Source: Escherichia coli | GTDB taxonomy: Bacteria; Pseudomonadota; Gammaproteobacteria; Enterobacterales; Enterobacteriaceae | Direction: 5' to 3' (one strand) | DNA length: 64,000 bases | NCBI RefSeq assembly: GCF_001677475.2 | Contig: NZ_CP015229.1 | In this document: positions 45,922 to 54,755 of the stretch, piece by piece | Position numbering within the stretch: the stretch's first letter is position 1 | How the letters are laid out: each line of letters opens with the position of its first letter | The notes under the pieces: model-generated | What the model saw: only the letters and a program-made list of their open reading frames with translations | Told to the model about the DNA's origin: nothing | Database searches by the model: none | Position numbers and translations under genes: made by a program

Positions 45922-46511
45922 TGGATAGTTATATCGCGCTTACACTGTTTGGCTGTTTTTTTGTGCTGGTCTTTATTGGTGTGCCCATTTCGTTCTCAAT
46001 CGGTATTGCCACTGTAGCTTCAATGCTGTTGATGTTTCCCTGGGATATCGCGGCAATCACTGTTTCGCAGCGACTGGCTAATGGACTGGATAACTTTGCC
46101 CTATTGGCAATCCCCTTTTTCATCTTTGCCGGAACGCTGATGAACAGCGGCGGTATTGCGATACGTTTGATTAACCTCGCCCAGGTAATGGTTGGCCGCG
46201 TTCCTGGTTCGCTTGGTCATGTGAACGTCCTGGCGAATATGATGTTTGGTTCCATTTCTGGTTCAGCCGTTGCGGCAGCTGCTGCCGTTGGTGGCACACT
46301 GAATCCCATTCAGACCAAAGAAGGTTATGATCCGGCATTTTCTACCGCTGTAAACGTCTCATCCTGTATTACTGGATTACTGATACCGCCCTCAAACGTG
46401 TTAATTGTGTTTTCCCTGACAGCTGGCGGCGTTTCTGTAGCATCGCTATTTATGGCGGGATATTTGCCAGGGATCTTAATGGGTCTCGCGGTAATGGTTG
46501 TCTGCGCGTAA
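45921..46511 (+). pseudogene. TRAP transporter large permease (DctM family), N-terminal fragment cut by IS66 insertion
   Basis: Only ~196 codons of a normally ~430-aa permease; the frame runs into the IS66 left inverted repeat and stops at a TAA inside it (46509-46511). Confidence 0.7.
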
Positions 46512-46592
46512 GCGTAAACCGACCGCCGTATGTAGCCATTAGACAAGAATTGGTAACTTAGACGCCCATCTGACACAGACGGACATCTAAGT

Positions 46593-47012
46593 ATGGAATT
46601 ACAGGACTGGCGAAAAGAACCTCGTAAAAAGTATTCGAATGAATTCAAACTTCGTATGGTTGAACTGGCATCACAACCCGGTGCTTGTGTGGCTCAGATT
46701 GCACGAGAAAATGGCGTCAATGATAATGTTATTTTCAAATGGCTCAGACTCTGGCAAAACGAAGGGCGTATATCACGGCGTCTTCCGGTGACAACCACTT
46801 CTGATGCAGGCCTTGAATTATTACCTGTAGAGATAACCTCTGATGAGCCGAAAGAACCGATGGCTGCTCTTACTCCGCCCTTATCCACTCAGACTACTGT
46901 CAGTGCCAGCTCCTGCAAGGTGGAGTTCCGTCACGGTAACATGACGCTGGAAAATCCTTCACCAGAGCTGCTCACTGTATTGATTCGTGAACTGACCGGG
47001 AGGGGAAGATGA
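46593..47012 (+). CDS. IS66-family accessory protein (orf1, HTH)
   Basis: 139-aa first ORF of the IS66 triplet. Confidence 0.75.
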   Translation: MELQDWRKEPRKKYSNEFKLRMVELASQPGACVAQIARENGVNDNVIFKWLRLWQNEGRISRRLPVTTTSDAGLELLPVEITSDEPKEPMAALTPPLSTQTTVSASSCKVEFRHGNMTLENPSPELLTVLIRELTGRGR

Positions 47013-47359
47013 TCTCACTCCCATCCGGTACCCGTATCTGGCTCGTTGCCGGGATAACCGATATGCGTAAGTCTTTCAACGGGCTGGGTGAACAGGTACA
47101 GCATGTGTTAAATGTTAATCCCTTCTCCGGTCACCTGTTTATCTTCCGTGGCCGACGGGGTGACACCGTTAAAATTCTTTGGGCTGATGCTGATGGTCTG
47201 TGCCTGTTCACCAAACGCCTGGAGGAAGGCCAGTTTATCTGGCCTGCGGTGCGTGACGGTAAGGTATCCATTACCCGCTCGCAACTGGCAATGCTCCTCG
47301 ATAAGCTGGACTGGCGTCAGCCAAAAACATCCCGCCTTAACGCCCTGACAATGTTGTAA
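47009..47359 (+). CDS. IS66-family accessory protein (orf2)
   Basis: 116-aa ORF overlapping orf1 by 4 bp. Confidence 0.75.
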   Translation: MISLPSGTRIWLVAGITDMRKSFNGLGEQVQHVLNVNPFSGHLFIFRGRRGDTVKILWADADGLCLFTKRLEEGQFIWPAVRDGKVSITRSQLAMLLDKLDWRQPKTSRLNALTML

Positions 47360-47389
47360 AAAACGCCTGGCCGCATTATAAAAACGGCC

Positions 47390-48982
47390 ATGAGTCAGAA
47401 ATACCTCATTCGCATTGCAGAACTGGAAAGCCAGCTCCGTCAGAAAGACCAGCAACTGAGTCTGGTTGAAGAGACGGAGGCCTTCCTGCGCTCTGCACTG
47501 GCACGTGCCGAAGAAAAGATCGAAGAAGATGAACGGGAAATAGAACATCTGCGGGCTCAGATAGAAAAACTGCGCCGGATGCTGTTCGGTACCCGTTCTG
47601 AAAAACTGCGTCGTGAAGTTGAACAGGCTGAGGCCCTGCTGAAACAACGCGAACAGGACAGCGATCGTTACAGTGGGCGGGAAGACGATCCACAGGTTCC
47701 CCGCCAGTTGCGACAGTCGCGCCATCGTCGTCCGTTACCGGCACACCTTCCCCGTGAAATACACCGTCTGGAGTCTGAAGAAAGTTGTTGCCCGGAATGT
47801 GGCGGCGAGCTGGATTATCTGGGGGAAGTCAGTACTGAGCAGCTGGAACTGGTGAGCAGCGCCCTGAAAGTGATCCGCACAGAACGGGTAAAAAAAGCCT
47901 GTACAAAATGTGACTGCATCATTGAAGCACCGGCGCCGTCCCGCCCGATAGAGCGTGGTATCGCGGGCCCCGGATTACTTGCCCGCGTGTTAACGGGAAA
48001 ATACTGCGAACACCTGCCACTGTATCGTCAGAGTGAAATCTTTGCCCGACAGGGTGTCGAACTGAGCCGTGCATTACTCTCCAACTGGGTTGACGCGTGC
48101 TGCCAGTTAATGATGCCGCTGAATGATGCCCTGTACCGTTATGTGATGAATACCCGCAAGCTTCACACTGACGACACACCGGTAAAGGTACTGGCACCGG
48201 GCTTGAAAAAGACGAAAACAGGGCGCATCTGGACGTATGTCCGGGATGATCGCAATGCGGGTTCGTCATCTCCTCCGGCGGTCTGGTTCGCGTACTCACC
48301 GAACCGGCAGGGGAAACACCCGGAGCAACACCTCCGCCCCTTCCGGGGTATCCTGCAGGCGGATGCGTTCACAGGTTATGACAGGCTGTTCAGTGCAGAA
48401 CGTGAAGGTGGTGCGCTGACAGAAGTTGCGTGCTGGGCCCATGCCCGGAGAAAAATCCACGATGTATACATCAGCAGCAAAAGTGCGACGGCAGAAGAAG
48501 CCCTGAAGCGAATCAGTGAACTGTACGCCATCGAGGATGAAATACGGGGATTACCAGAGTCAGAGCGTCTTGCAGTCAGACAGCAGCGAAGCAAAGCGTT
48601 ACTGACGTCGCTGCATGAATGGATGGTGGAGAAGAATGGCACGCTGTCGAAAAAATCCAGACTGGGCGAAGCGTTCAGCTATGTACTGAATCAGTGGGAC
48701 GCCCTCTGTTATTACAGTGATGACGGACTGGCGGAGACGGACAATAACACAGCGGAAAGAGCGCTTCGTGCAGTCTGTCTTGGAAAGAAAAATTACGTGT
48801 TCTTCGGTAGCGATCACGGTGGCGAGCGTGGTGCACTGCTATACGGGCTGATCGGCACCTGCCGTCTGAACGGTATCGATCCGGAAGCGTATCTGCGCCA
48901 TATTCTGAGCGTACTGCCGGAATGGCCCTCCAACCGTGTTGACGAACTCCTGCCATGGAACGTGGTTCTCACCAATAAATAA
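47390..48982 (+). CDS. IS66-family transposase (orf3)
   Basis: 530-aa ORF with N-terminal coiled coil, CxxC zinc region and DDE-type core. Confidence 0.8.
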   Translation: MSQKYLIRIAELESQLRQKDQQLSLVEETEAFLRSALARAEEKIEEDEREIEHLRAQIEKLRRMLFGTRSEKLRREVEQAEALLKQREQDSDRYSGREDDPQVPRQLRQSRHRRPLPAHLPREIHRLESEESCCPECGGELDYLGEVSTEQLELVSSALKVIRTERVKKACTKCDCIIEAPAPSRPIERGIAGPGLLARVLTGKYCEHLPLYRQSEIFARQGVELSRALLSNWVDACCQLMMPLNDALYRYVMNTRKLHTDDTPVKVLAPGLKKTKTGRIWTYVRDDRNAGSSSPPAVWFAYSPNRQGKHPEQHLRPFRGILQADAFTGYDRLFSAEREGGALTEVACWAHARRKIHDVYISSKSATAEEALKRISELYAIEDEIRGLPESERLAVRQQRSKALLTSLHEWMVEKNGTLSKKSRLGEAFSYVLNQWDALCYYSDDGLAETDNNTAERALRAVCLGKKNYVFFGSDHGGERGALLYGLIGTCRLNGIDPEAYLRHILSVLPEWPSNRVDELLPWNVVLTNK

Positions 48983-49012
48983 GCGTCAATACGGTGCTCC
49001 GTTGACGCTTAC

Positions 49013-49624
49013 GGCCAGCGATACATACTGAGAACCTTTATCACTGTGATGGATTGTGCCGGACGGCCGACGGGCCCACAACGCCTGCTCCAGTGCATCC
49101 AGCACGAATGTTGTTTCCATGGATGATGAGACCTGCCATCCCACGATGTATCCGGCGAACACATCAATGATGAACGCCACATAAACGAAGCCCTGCCATG
49201 TGCTTACCCAGGTAAAATCAGCCACCCACAACTGGTCTGGACGTTCTGCCACGAACTGACGGTTTACGCGGTCGCATGCGGCAACGGCTTTCCGGCTGAC
49301 GGTAGTGCGGACCTTTTTACCCCGGAGAACACCGGCAAGTCCCATAACTGCCATGAGACGTGCCACAGTGCATCTGGCCACTCTGATACCTTCCCGTAAC
49401 AACTGACGCCAGACTTTACGCACACCGTATACCTGGTGATTTTCATCGTATACGCGCTGTATCTCTTTCTTCAGCCAGTCATCGTGCTGCGCACGGGCAC
49501 TGCGTTTATCCGGATGATGTCGCTGTTGCTGACAATGGTAATACGTTGACGGGGCAATATGCAGTTCGCTGCATACCGGTCCGACCCCGTACTGCTCACG
49601 CAGCTTATCCAGCAGTGGCATCAT
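49013..49624 (-). pseudogene. IS3-family transposase OrfB, 3'-truncated
   Basis: About 200 of ~296 expected codons; the frame terminates inside the abutting IS66 sequence. Confidence 0.7.
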
Positions 49625-49947
49625 TTTTTCCAGAGGCGGTCGAACTCCGCCTTCGCAAAATAAGCGGAAGCCTGGCGAAGGATATCGTTACTGCGGCGCA
49701 GTTCACGATTTTCACGTTCCAGCTCTTTCAGACGCTGACGTTCAGCGCTGGTGAGCCCACCATCACCGCCCCCGGTATCCCGCTCATGCTGGCGAACCCA
49801 GACACGCAGAGTCTCCGGCGTACAGCCAATCTTTGGGGCAATGGAACAAATTGCCGCCCACTGTGAGTCATATTCATCCTGACTTTCCAGAACCATACGA
49901 ATCGCCCGCTGACGGACTTCGGGGGAAAAACGAGTATTTTTAGTCAT
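49621..49947 (-). CDS. IS3-family transposase OrfA (IS629-like)
   Basis: 108-aa HTH/leucine-zipper OrfA starting [22 protein letters not shown]. Confidence 0.8.
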   Translation of the reverse strand: MTKNTRFSPEVRQRAIRMVLESQDEYDSQWAAICSIAPKIGCTPETLRVWVRQHERDTGGGDGGLTSAERQRLKELERENRELRRSNDILRQASAYFAKAEFDRLWKK

Positions 49948-50040
49948 CCTGTTTACCTCTTTCTCAGGGAGTTTAGTCTCCAGGATTTCCGGGGCGGTTC
50001 AGAGCAGCAACTCAGGGCGCTGCTGACACCCTCACCGGAT

Positions 50041-50550
50041 GTGCTTTCAGCAGACCAGATGATGCAGCTCAGCAGAACACTGTTAAATCATGCGTCAGAG
50101 TGGATAACCCTTTCCGGTCAGCAGATAACGCGACTGACAGAATTCCCCCCGGCATACAACCTGCAACGCAGTGTGCAATTGCTGCAGCAACTGATGGTAC
50201 TTTTCCCCGACAATCCTCGTGTTCAGGAAATGGTGGATAACTGGCAGAAGAGTGCAAGGAGTCGTGCGCTCCCGGAAGAGGCGATGACTGGCTGGAACGA
50301 AGGCATGACCCGCTTACAGCTGTTGGCTGAGCGCCTGAACCGTCCAGATGAACAGCGGGGAAAATACATGACGGTCAGTGAGCTGAAAACGGAGGTGTCT
50401 GGCATCATGCAGGCTTTTAACCGGCATATCCTGGCAGAAGAACAGTTGTGTCACTATGGTGAAGTCCGCAACCAGAATGGAAGCGAGCAGCAGCAAAAAC
50501 AAATGAAAGATGCATTTGTTAAGCTGATTCATTTTTACTGTTTTATATAA
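50041..50550 (+). CDS. Hypothetical protein, possibly the 3' remnant of a gene disrupted by the IS3-family element
   Basis: 169-aa ORF from a GTG; the same frame stays open upstream across the IS boundary at 50001. Confidence 0.3.
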   Translation: MLSADQMMQLSRTLLNHASEWITLSGQQITRLTEFPPAYNLQRSVQLLQQLMVLFPDNPRVQEMVDNWQKSARSRALPEEAMTGWNEGMTRLQLLAERLNRPDEQRGKYMTVSELKTEVSGIMQAFNRHILAEEQLCHYGEVRNQNGSEQQQKQMKDAFVKLIHFYCFI

Positions 50551-50603
50551 AGCCTTTAGGATGTGGGGTAAGGGGAGTGTTGCAATTTATTCGGTGAGAT
50601 AGT

Positions 50604-51311
50604 TTGTTTGTGGAGTGTTTAAGCGCTTTTGGATGTTCGTCTGTTGTTTCGAATAGTATGGTGAATATGAATGGTAAATATAATGTCAGGAGTGAATTGT
50701 TAGCTCGTTGTATCGGAACTGGTAGATTGAAAGGAGATGTGAGAAGTGATTTTATTGGGTTTAATGGTAGTAAACAGGTAGGTTATGTTTTATTAACTTT
50801 ATTCTTAACGAAAGTAACAAATTCTGATTTGCTCTCTCATTATCGTATATTTAATCGTTTTTTGCATTATGAGAGAAAAGTTATGGACATATATAATTCT
50901 TTGAGTGATATAGAAGTTGATTGTATTTGCCAGGAAGTGATGGCTATATATGAACATACTCAGCGATGCTGCAACGAAAAGAAAATCACAACTATCCAGT
51001 TAGGCAGGAAACTTAATGGCAGGTATGCAGATACGATTGCTGAGTTAAAAGAAACAGCAGAGATAAGAGGGGAGGATGTGATTTCTTTTGAGATGGATAT
51101 ATTGAATTCTTTTAATGATGCGGATGAATATCACGGACGTGTTAAACTGGAGTTGGATATACCTGCTTCAGATATATTATATTGCCATGATTTTATTGAT
51201 TCAAAACATGTAAACTCCTGGTTGGTTGAACCACATGAGTGGGTGGTTATAAATCGTTCTCTCAATGGGATTGTTACAGTGCCAGTATCATCAATAAAGA
51301 TTCTTTATTGA
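50604..51311 (+). CDS. Hypothetical protein (AT-rich gene)
   Basis: 235-aa ORF in a markedly AT-rich stretch; no recognisable motif. Confidence 0.35.
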   Translation: MFVECLSAFGCSSVVSNSMVNMNGKYNVRSELLARCIGTGRLKGDVRSDFIGFNGSKQVGYVLLTLFLTKVTNSDLLSHYRIFNRFLHYERKVMDIYNSLSDIEVDCICQEVMAIYEHTQRCCNEKKITTIQLGRKLNGRYADTIAELKETAEIRGEDVISFEMDILNSFNDADEYHGRVKLELDIPASDILYCHDFIDSKHVNSWLVEPHEWVVINRSLNGIVTVPVSSIKILY

Positions 51312-51451
51312 TAAATATGTTTGTAATATGTTTTATATGTTCATCAGGATGAAAGTAAGCAATTTTAGTAGTGGCTAATTAAACGTCATTTAATGTTTGT
51401 TGCTATATGTTGAAAGCATAAACAGGTTTCTTTTGCATAAAGTAAAAATAA

Positions 51452-52684
51452 ATGAATGATAATTTTTTAACGGAGAAAGTCCTTACTGGAGAGAATGTTC
51501 TGCGTGCAGCAATTGCTCGTATTGAGTGGATTTTTGAAACATTTCCATCAGTTTGTCTCTCTTTTTCCGGTGGTAAAGATTCCACCGTGCTTTTCCATCT
51601 TGTGGCTGATGTGGCCCGCAGGAAAAGACGTCGTTTCTCTGTACTGTTCATTGACTGGGAGGCTCAGTACCAGTGCACCATTGAACATATTCAGAAGATG
51701 CGGGAAATGTACTATGATGTGACGGAAACCTTTTACTGGGTGGCGCTTCCCCTGACCACGGTAAACGGTGTCTCGCAGTTTCAACCGGAGTGGATATGCT
51801 GGGAGCCTCGTGTGACCTGGGTTCGCCAGCCACCGGAAGAGGCCATTACGGATATGGCGTATTTTCCCTTTTACCGGTATGCCATGGCGTTTGAAGAATT
51901 TGTTCCGGCATTTTCTTCCTGGTTTGCTGGCAACCGGTGTGGAGTGGCAGTGCTGACCGGTGTCCGGGCGGATGAATCCCTCAACCGCTTTATGGGACTG
52001 GTGTCCCAGCGCAAACTGAGATATGCCAATGATAAGCCTTGGACCACGGCATCGCCTGAAGGGTTTTACTACACTATGTATCCGCTGTATGACTGGAAAA
52101 CTCGTGATATCTGGATATATCACACCAGAACCCGTGCCATCTACAATCCCCTGTATGATCTGATGTACCGTGCCGGCGTACCGTTACGCAACATGCGTGT
52201 CTGTGAACCTTTTGGTCCTGAACAACGTAAGGGACTGTGGCTTTACCATGTTCTGGAACCGGAAACCTGGGCCAGGATGTGTGAGCGGGTGTCAGGGGCT
52301 GCCAGCGGGGCACTTTATGCCAATGAAAGCGGGGCTTATTTTGCCCTGCGTAAGCGCATATCAAAACCAGCCCATCATACCTGGCGCAGCTATGCGATGT
52401 TTCTGCTGGATGTGATGCCGGAAAGAACGGCAGAACATTACCGCAACAAGATAGCTGTCTATCTGCGCTGGTATCAGACGCGGGGCTTCCCGGATGACAT
52501 CCCGGATGAACAGGAGAATGACCTGGGGAGCCGGGATATTCCGTCCTGGCGACGTATCTGTAAGACTCTCATAAAGAATGATTTCTGGTGCCGTACCCTC
52601 TCCTTCAGTCCGAACAAACCCCGGCACTATGAACGTTATCTGCAGCGTATGAAAGAAAGGAGGAAGGAATGGGGGATTCTGTGA
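51452..52684 (+). CDS. PAPS-reductase-family PP-loop protein (IbrA-like)
   Basis: 410-aa ORF with PP-loop SFSGGKDS near the N-terminus; overlaps the following ParB-like gene. Confidence 0.7.
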   Translation: MNDNFLTEKVLTGENVLRAAIARIEWIFETFPSVCLSFSGGKDSTVLFHLVADVARRKRRRFSVLFIDWEAQYQCTIEHIQKMREMYYDVTETFYWVALPLTTVNGVSQFQPEWICWEPRVTWVRQPPEEAITDMAYFPFYRYAMAFEEFVPAFSSWFAGNRCGVAVLTGVRADESLNRFMGLVSQRKLRYANDKPWTTASPEGFYYTMYPLYDWKTRDIWIYHTRTRAIYNPLYDLMYRAGVPLRNMRVCEPFGPEQRKGLWLYHVLEPETWARMCERVSGAASGALYANESGAYFALRKRISKPAHHTWRSYAMFLLDVMPERTAEHYRNKIAVYLRWYQTRGFPDDIPDEQENDLGSRDIPSWRRICKTLIKNDFWCRTLSFSPNKPRHYERYLQRMKERRKEWGIL

Positions 52685-53307
52685 CACCGGAGATACTGAG
52701 CAACATGATTCGTCAGTACTTCAGCCAGGAACGACCAGAAGAAGAGGCCATACAGGCCCTGAATCATCTGCGCAGGGTGCTTCATGAGGTCAGTCCATTT
52801 GCACAGGAGCCTGTGGACTGTGTGCTGTGGGTGAAAGCAGATGAGGTGGTGGCCAACGATTATAACCCCAATGTCATGGCGCCGGGTGAGAAGAAACTGC
52901 TGAAACATTCACTGGAGCAGGATGGGTTCACGCAGCCTGTGGTTGTCTCGGAAGAGAAGGAGCATTATCTGGTCGTGGATGGTTTTCATCGTCAATTACT
53001 GGGCAGGGAAGCAGGTACGGGAAAACGCCTGAAGGGCTGGTTGCCAGTGACCTGTATTAATCCGGAAAGAAAGGGACAGGCCTCACGTATTGCTGCAACC
53101 ATTAGACATAACCGGGCCAGGGGGAAGCACCAGATAACTTCAATGTCTGATATTGTCAGGGACCTGTCGCGGCTGGGCTGGACGGATGAACGTATTGGTA
53201 CGGAGCTGGGTATGGACCAGGATGAAGTTCTCAGGTTGAAACAGATTAGCGGGCTGACGGAGCTGTTTCTGGAAGAGGATTTCAGTCCGGCATGGACGGT
53301 TCGCTGA
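52669..53307 (+). CDS. ParB/sulfiredoxin-domain protein (IbrB-like)
   Basis: 212-aa ORF containing VVVDGFHRQ (ParB N-terminal DGxHR-type motif); 16-bp overlap with the upstream gene. Confidence 0.65.
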   Translation: MGDSVTPEILSNMIRQYFSQERPEEEAIQALNHLRRVLHEVSPFAQEPVDCVLWVKADEVVANDYNPNVMAPGEKKLLKHSLEQDGFTQPVVVSEEKEHYLVVDGFHRQLLGREAGTGKRLKGWLPVTCINPERKGQASRIAATIRHNRARGKHQITSMSDIVRDLSRLGWTDERIGTELGMDQDEVLRLKQISGLTELFLEEDFSPAWTVR

Positions 53308-53385
53308 GACCGTCATATATGTATATTATTTCAGTGAGTTAATGTTTTGAGCAGGAAAAAGAGTACCCCGGAAGTCGTGGAAGAC

Positions 53386-53655
53386 ATGGTTGCACAGAAG
53401 CTGGAGGCTGCGGGTTGCTGGCGCAGAGCTTCCGCCCGCTGGCTTTTTGTTATGGGAAATGTTGAATGTACAGAAGCACAACGGGAGTGGTTGTTGTTGC
53501 GCAGGAATTATTGCCTGGCGCAGATATCGTCCCCGCCGCTACCTGAAAAGCTGGATATCAGCGAAGTGGCGAAAGCTGCAGATGCCACGCTGAGGCGAAT
53601 GGGGATTGCCAGTCCGTCCGGGGAGGTATTCAGAAAAGGTACACCGGTCTGTTGA
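53386..53655 (+). CDS. PerC-family-like small transcriptional activator (tentative)
   Basis: 89 aa from ATG at 53386; GCWRRASARW...REWLLLRRNYCLAQ resembles PerC/Pch-type regulators as recalled; the ORF track starts it at an upstream TTG (53347). Confidence 0.4.
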   Translation: MVAQKLEAAGCWRRASARWLFVMGNVECTEAQREWLLLRRNYCLAQISSPPLPEKLDISEVAKAADATLRRMGIASPSGEVFRKGTPVC

Positions 53656-53675
53656 TATTCAGGTAACAGGTATTA

Positions 53676-54320
53676 ATGATAAAGAAAGGAATGGCAAACA
53701 GTATATCAATGACATGGCAACTTTTATGCGATGATCATGGTTTTACCCGGGAGCACTACAATCAGCTGAAGAAATTCAGCCCGGAGGCATTACGTGAAAT
53801 TATTGCTGAAATAGCCTGCTGCCATCCGTCAACCAGTATATTGCTCAGGAATAAGTGGCTGACACCGCCGGAGGATATTCCGGAGCAGGTTACCCGTGAA
53901 TACGAACGAAGAATACAGAACTGTCCATCTTTCAGGAGCGAGAAAGAGGCGGAATCCTGGCTAAATGAACTGTTTTTTGCTGTGATTGCGCCGCTATACC
54001 GGGTTGTCCCCGGACAATCAGAACAGGTTGAATCCTTTGTTCTGCAGCTTATTGCCGAACAGGAGCGGGTTTGGGAGCTTATTCTAACCAATGATGGTTA
54101 TTCATGGCATTGCGCACTTTATGATATATTATTTCATCTGGTTTTACGAAATATGGAAGACCAGCCTGAACATCAGAGACAGCGAATAACAAAAATACTT
54201 AATGAGTCCGATACAAGGCGGGTTGCAGAAGAGATTAAATTCCGGATTCAATATCTTCAGGATGAAGAACAAAAGAGAGTTTTAAGTGAGTTGGTAAATG
54301 TCCTGATTTCAAAAAGATAA
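53676..54320 (+). CDS. Hypothetical protein
   Basis: 214-aa ORF, no recognisable motif. Confidence 0.4.
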   Translation: MIKKGMANSISMTWQLLCDDHGFTREHYNQLKKFSPEALREIIAEIACCHPSTSILLRNKWLTPPEDIPEQVTREYERRIQNCPSFRSEKEAESWLNELFFAVIAPLYRVVPGQSEQVESFVLQLIAEQERVWELILTNDGYSWHCALYDILFHLVLRNMEDQPEHQRQRITKILNESDTRRVAEEIKFRIQYLQDEEQKRVLSELVNVLISKR

Positions 54321-54384
54321 AACATGTCGGAGTAATTTTTCTATATATTAAAAAAACAGGTTCGTATTACCATAAAGGAGATCG

Positions 54385-54708
54385 GTGAGTAACCGTTATT
54401 GGATGATCTCCTTCCATAAAAATACGCGCAATCTAACGGTTTGCTCTGTGCCAAAAAAAGACATTGCTCACAATATCGAGTTAATCATTCGGCCGTTGAA
54501 CATTCCCATTGAAAAATTTCTCAGTATAGAATATACCAATGTTGAGGGCATTCCTCTTACATCTCGAAGGATAACTATCATGGGTCTAAAACCAGGTCCA
54601 AAACCAATTGCTAAGTCAACAGGAAAACCGGATCAACGCCGACGCGATAATAAAGATACTCCTGGCAATACTCCGGGATTAAAGCCAAGTAAGTCCACAG
54701 GTAAGTAA
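54385..54708 (+). CDS. Hypothetical small protein, doubtful
   Basis: 107-aa ORF with Pro/Lys/Gly-rich C-terminus; convergent with the helicase gene. Confidence 0.25.
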   Translation: MSNRYWMISFHKNTRNLTVCSVPKKDIAHNIELIIRPLNIPIEKFLSIEYTNVEGIPLTSRRITIMGLKPGPKPIAKSTGKPDQRRRDNKDTPGNTPGLKPSKSTGK

Positions 54709-54715
54709 AAAATAA

Positions 54716-54740
54716 GGGTATAAATACTTATTTATACCCT
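54716..54740. terminator. Hairpin between convergent genes
   Basis: 11-bp perfect stem gggtataaata/tatttataccc with loop ctt, placed between the 54385-54708 ORF and the helicase gene stop. Confidence 0.5.
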
Positions 54741-54755
54741 GACTACATATCCAGT

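Larger units (their letters stand above)
46508..49012 (+). mobile_element. IS66-family insertion sequence (ISEc8-like), apparently complete
   Basis: Imperfect terminal inverted repeats GTAAGCGTAAACCGACCGCCGTAT (left) and GTAAGCGTCAACGGAGCACCGTAT (right, reverse complement); three-ORF IS66 organisation. Confidence 0.8.
49013..50001 (-). mobile_element. IS3-family (IS629-like) element, truncated at its orfB end by the IS66 element
   Basis: Left end on the minus strand reads TGAACCGCCCCGG...; orfA complete, orfB runs into the IS66 right end; A-rich slippery tract CTGGAAAAAATGATG at the orfA/orfB junction. Confidence 0.75.

Noticed and set aside
53390-53593. 67-aa ORF overlapping the PerC-like gene in another frame
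   Set aside because: Alternative frame of the same DNA; the PerC-like frame has the family-like WRRA...REW...LRRNYCLAQ pattern and is preferred.
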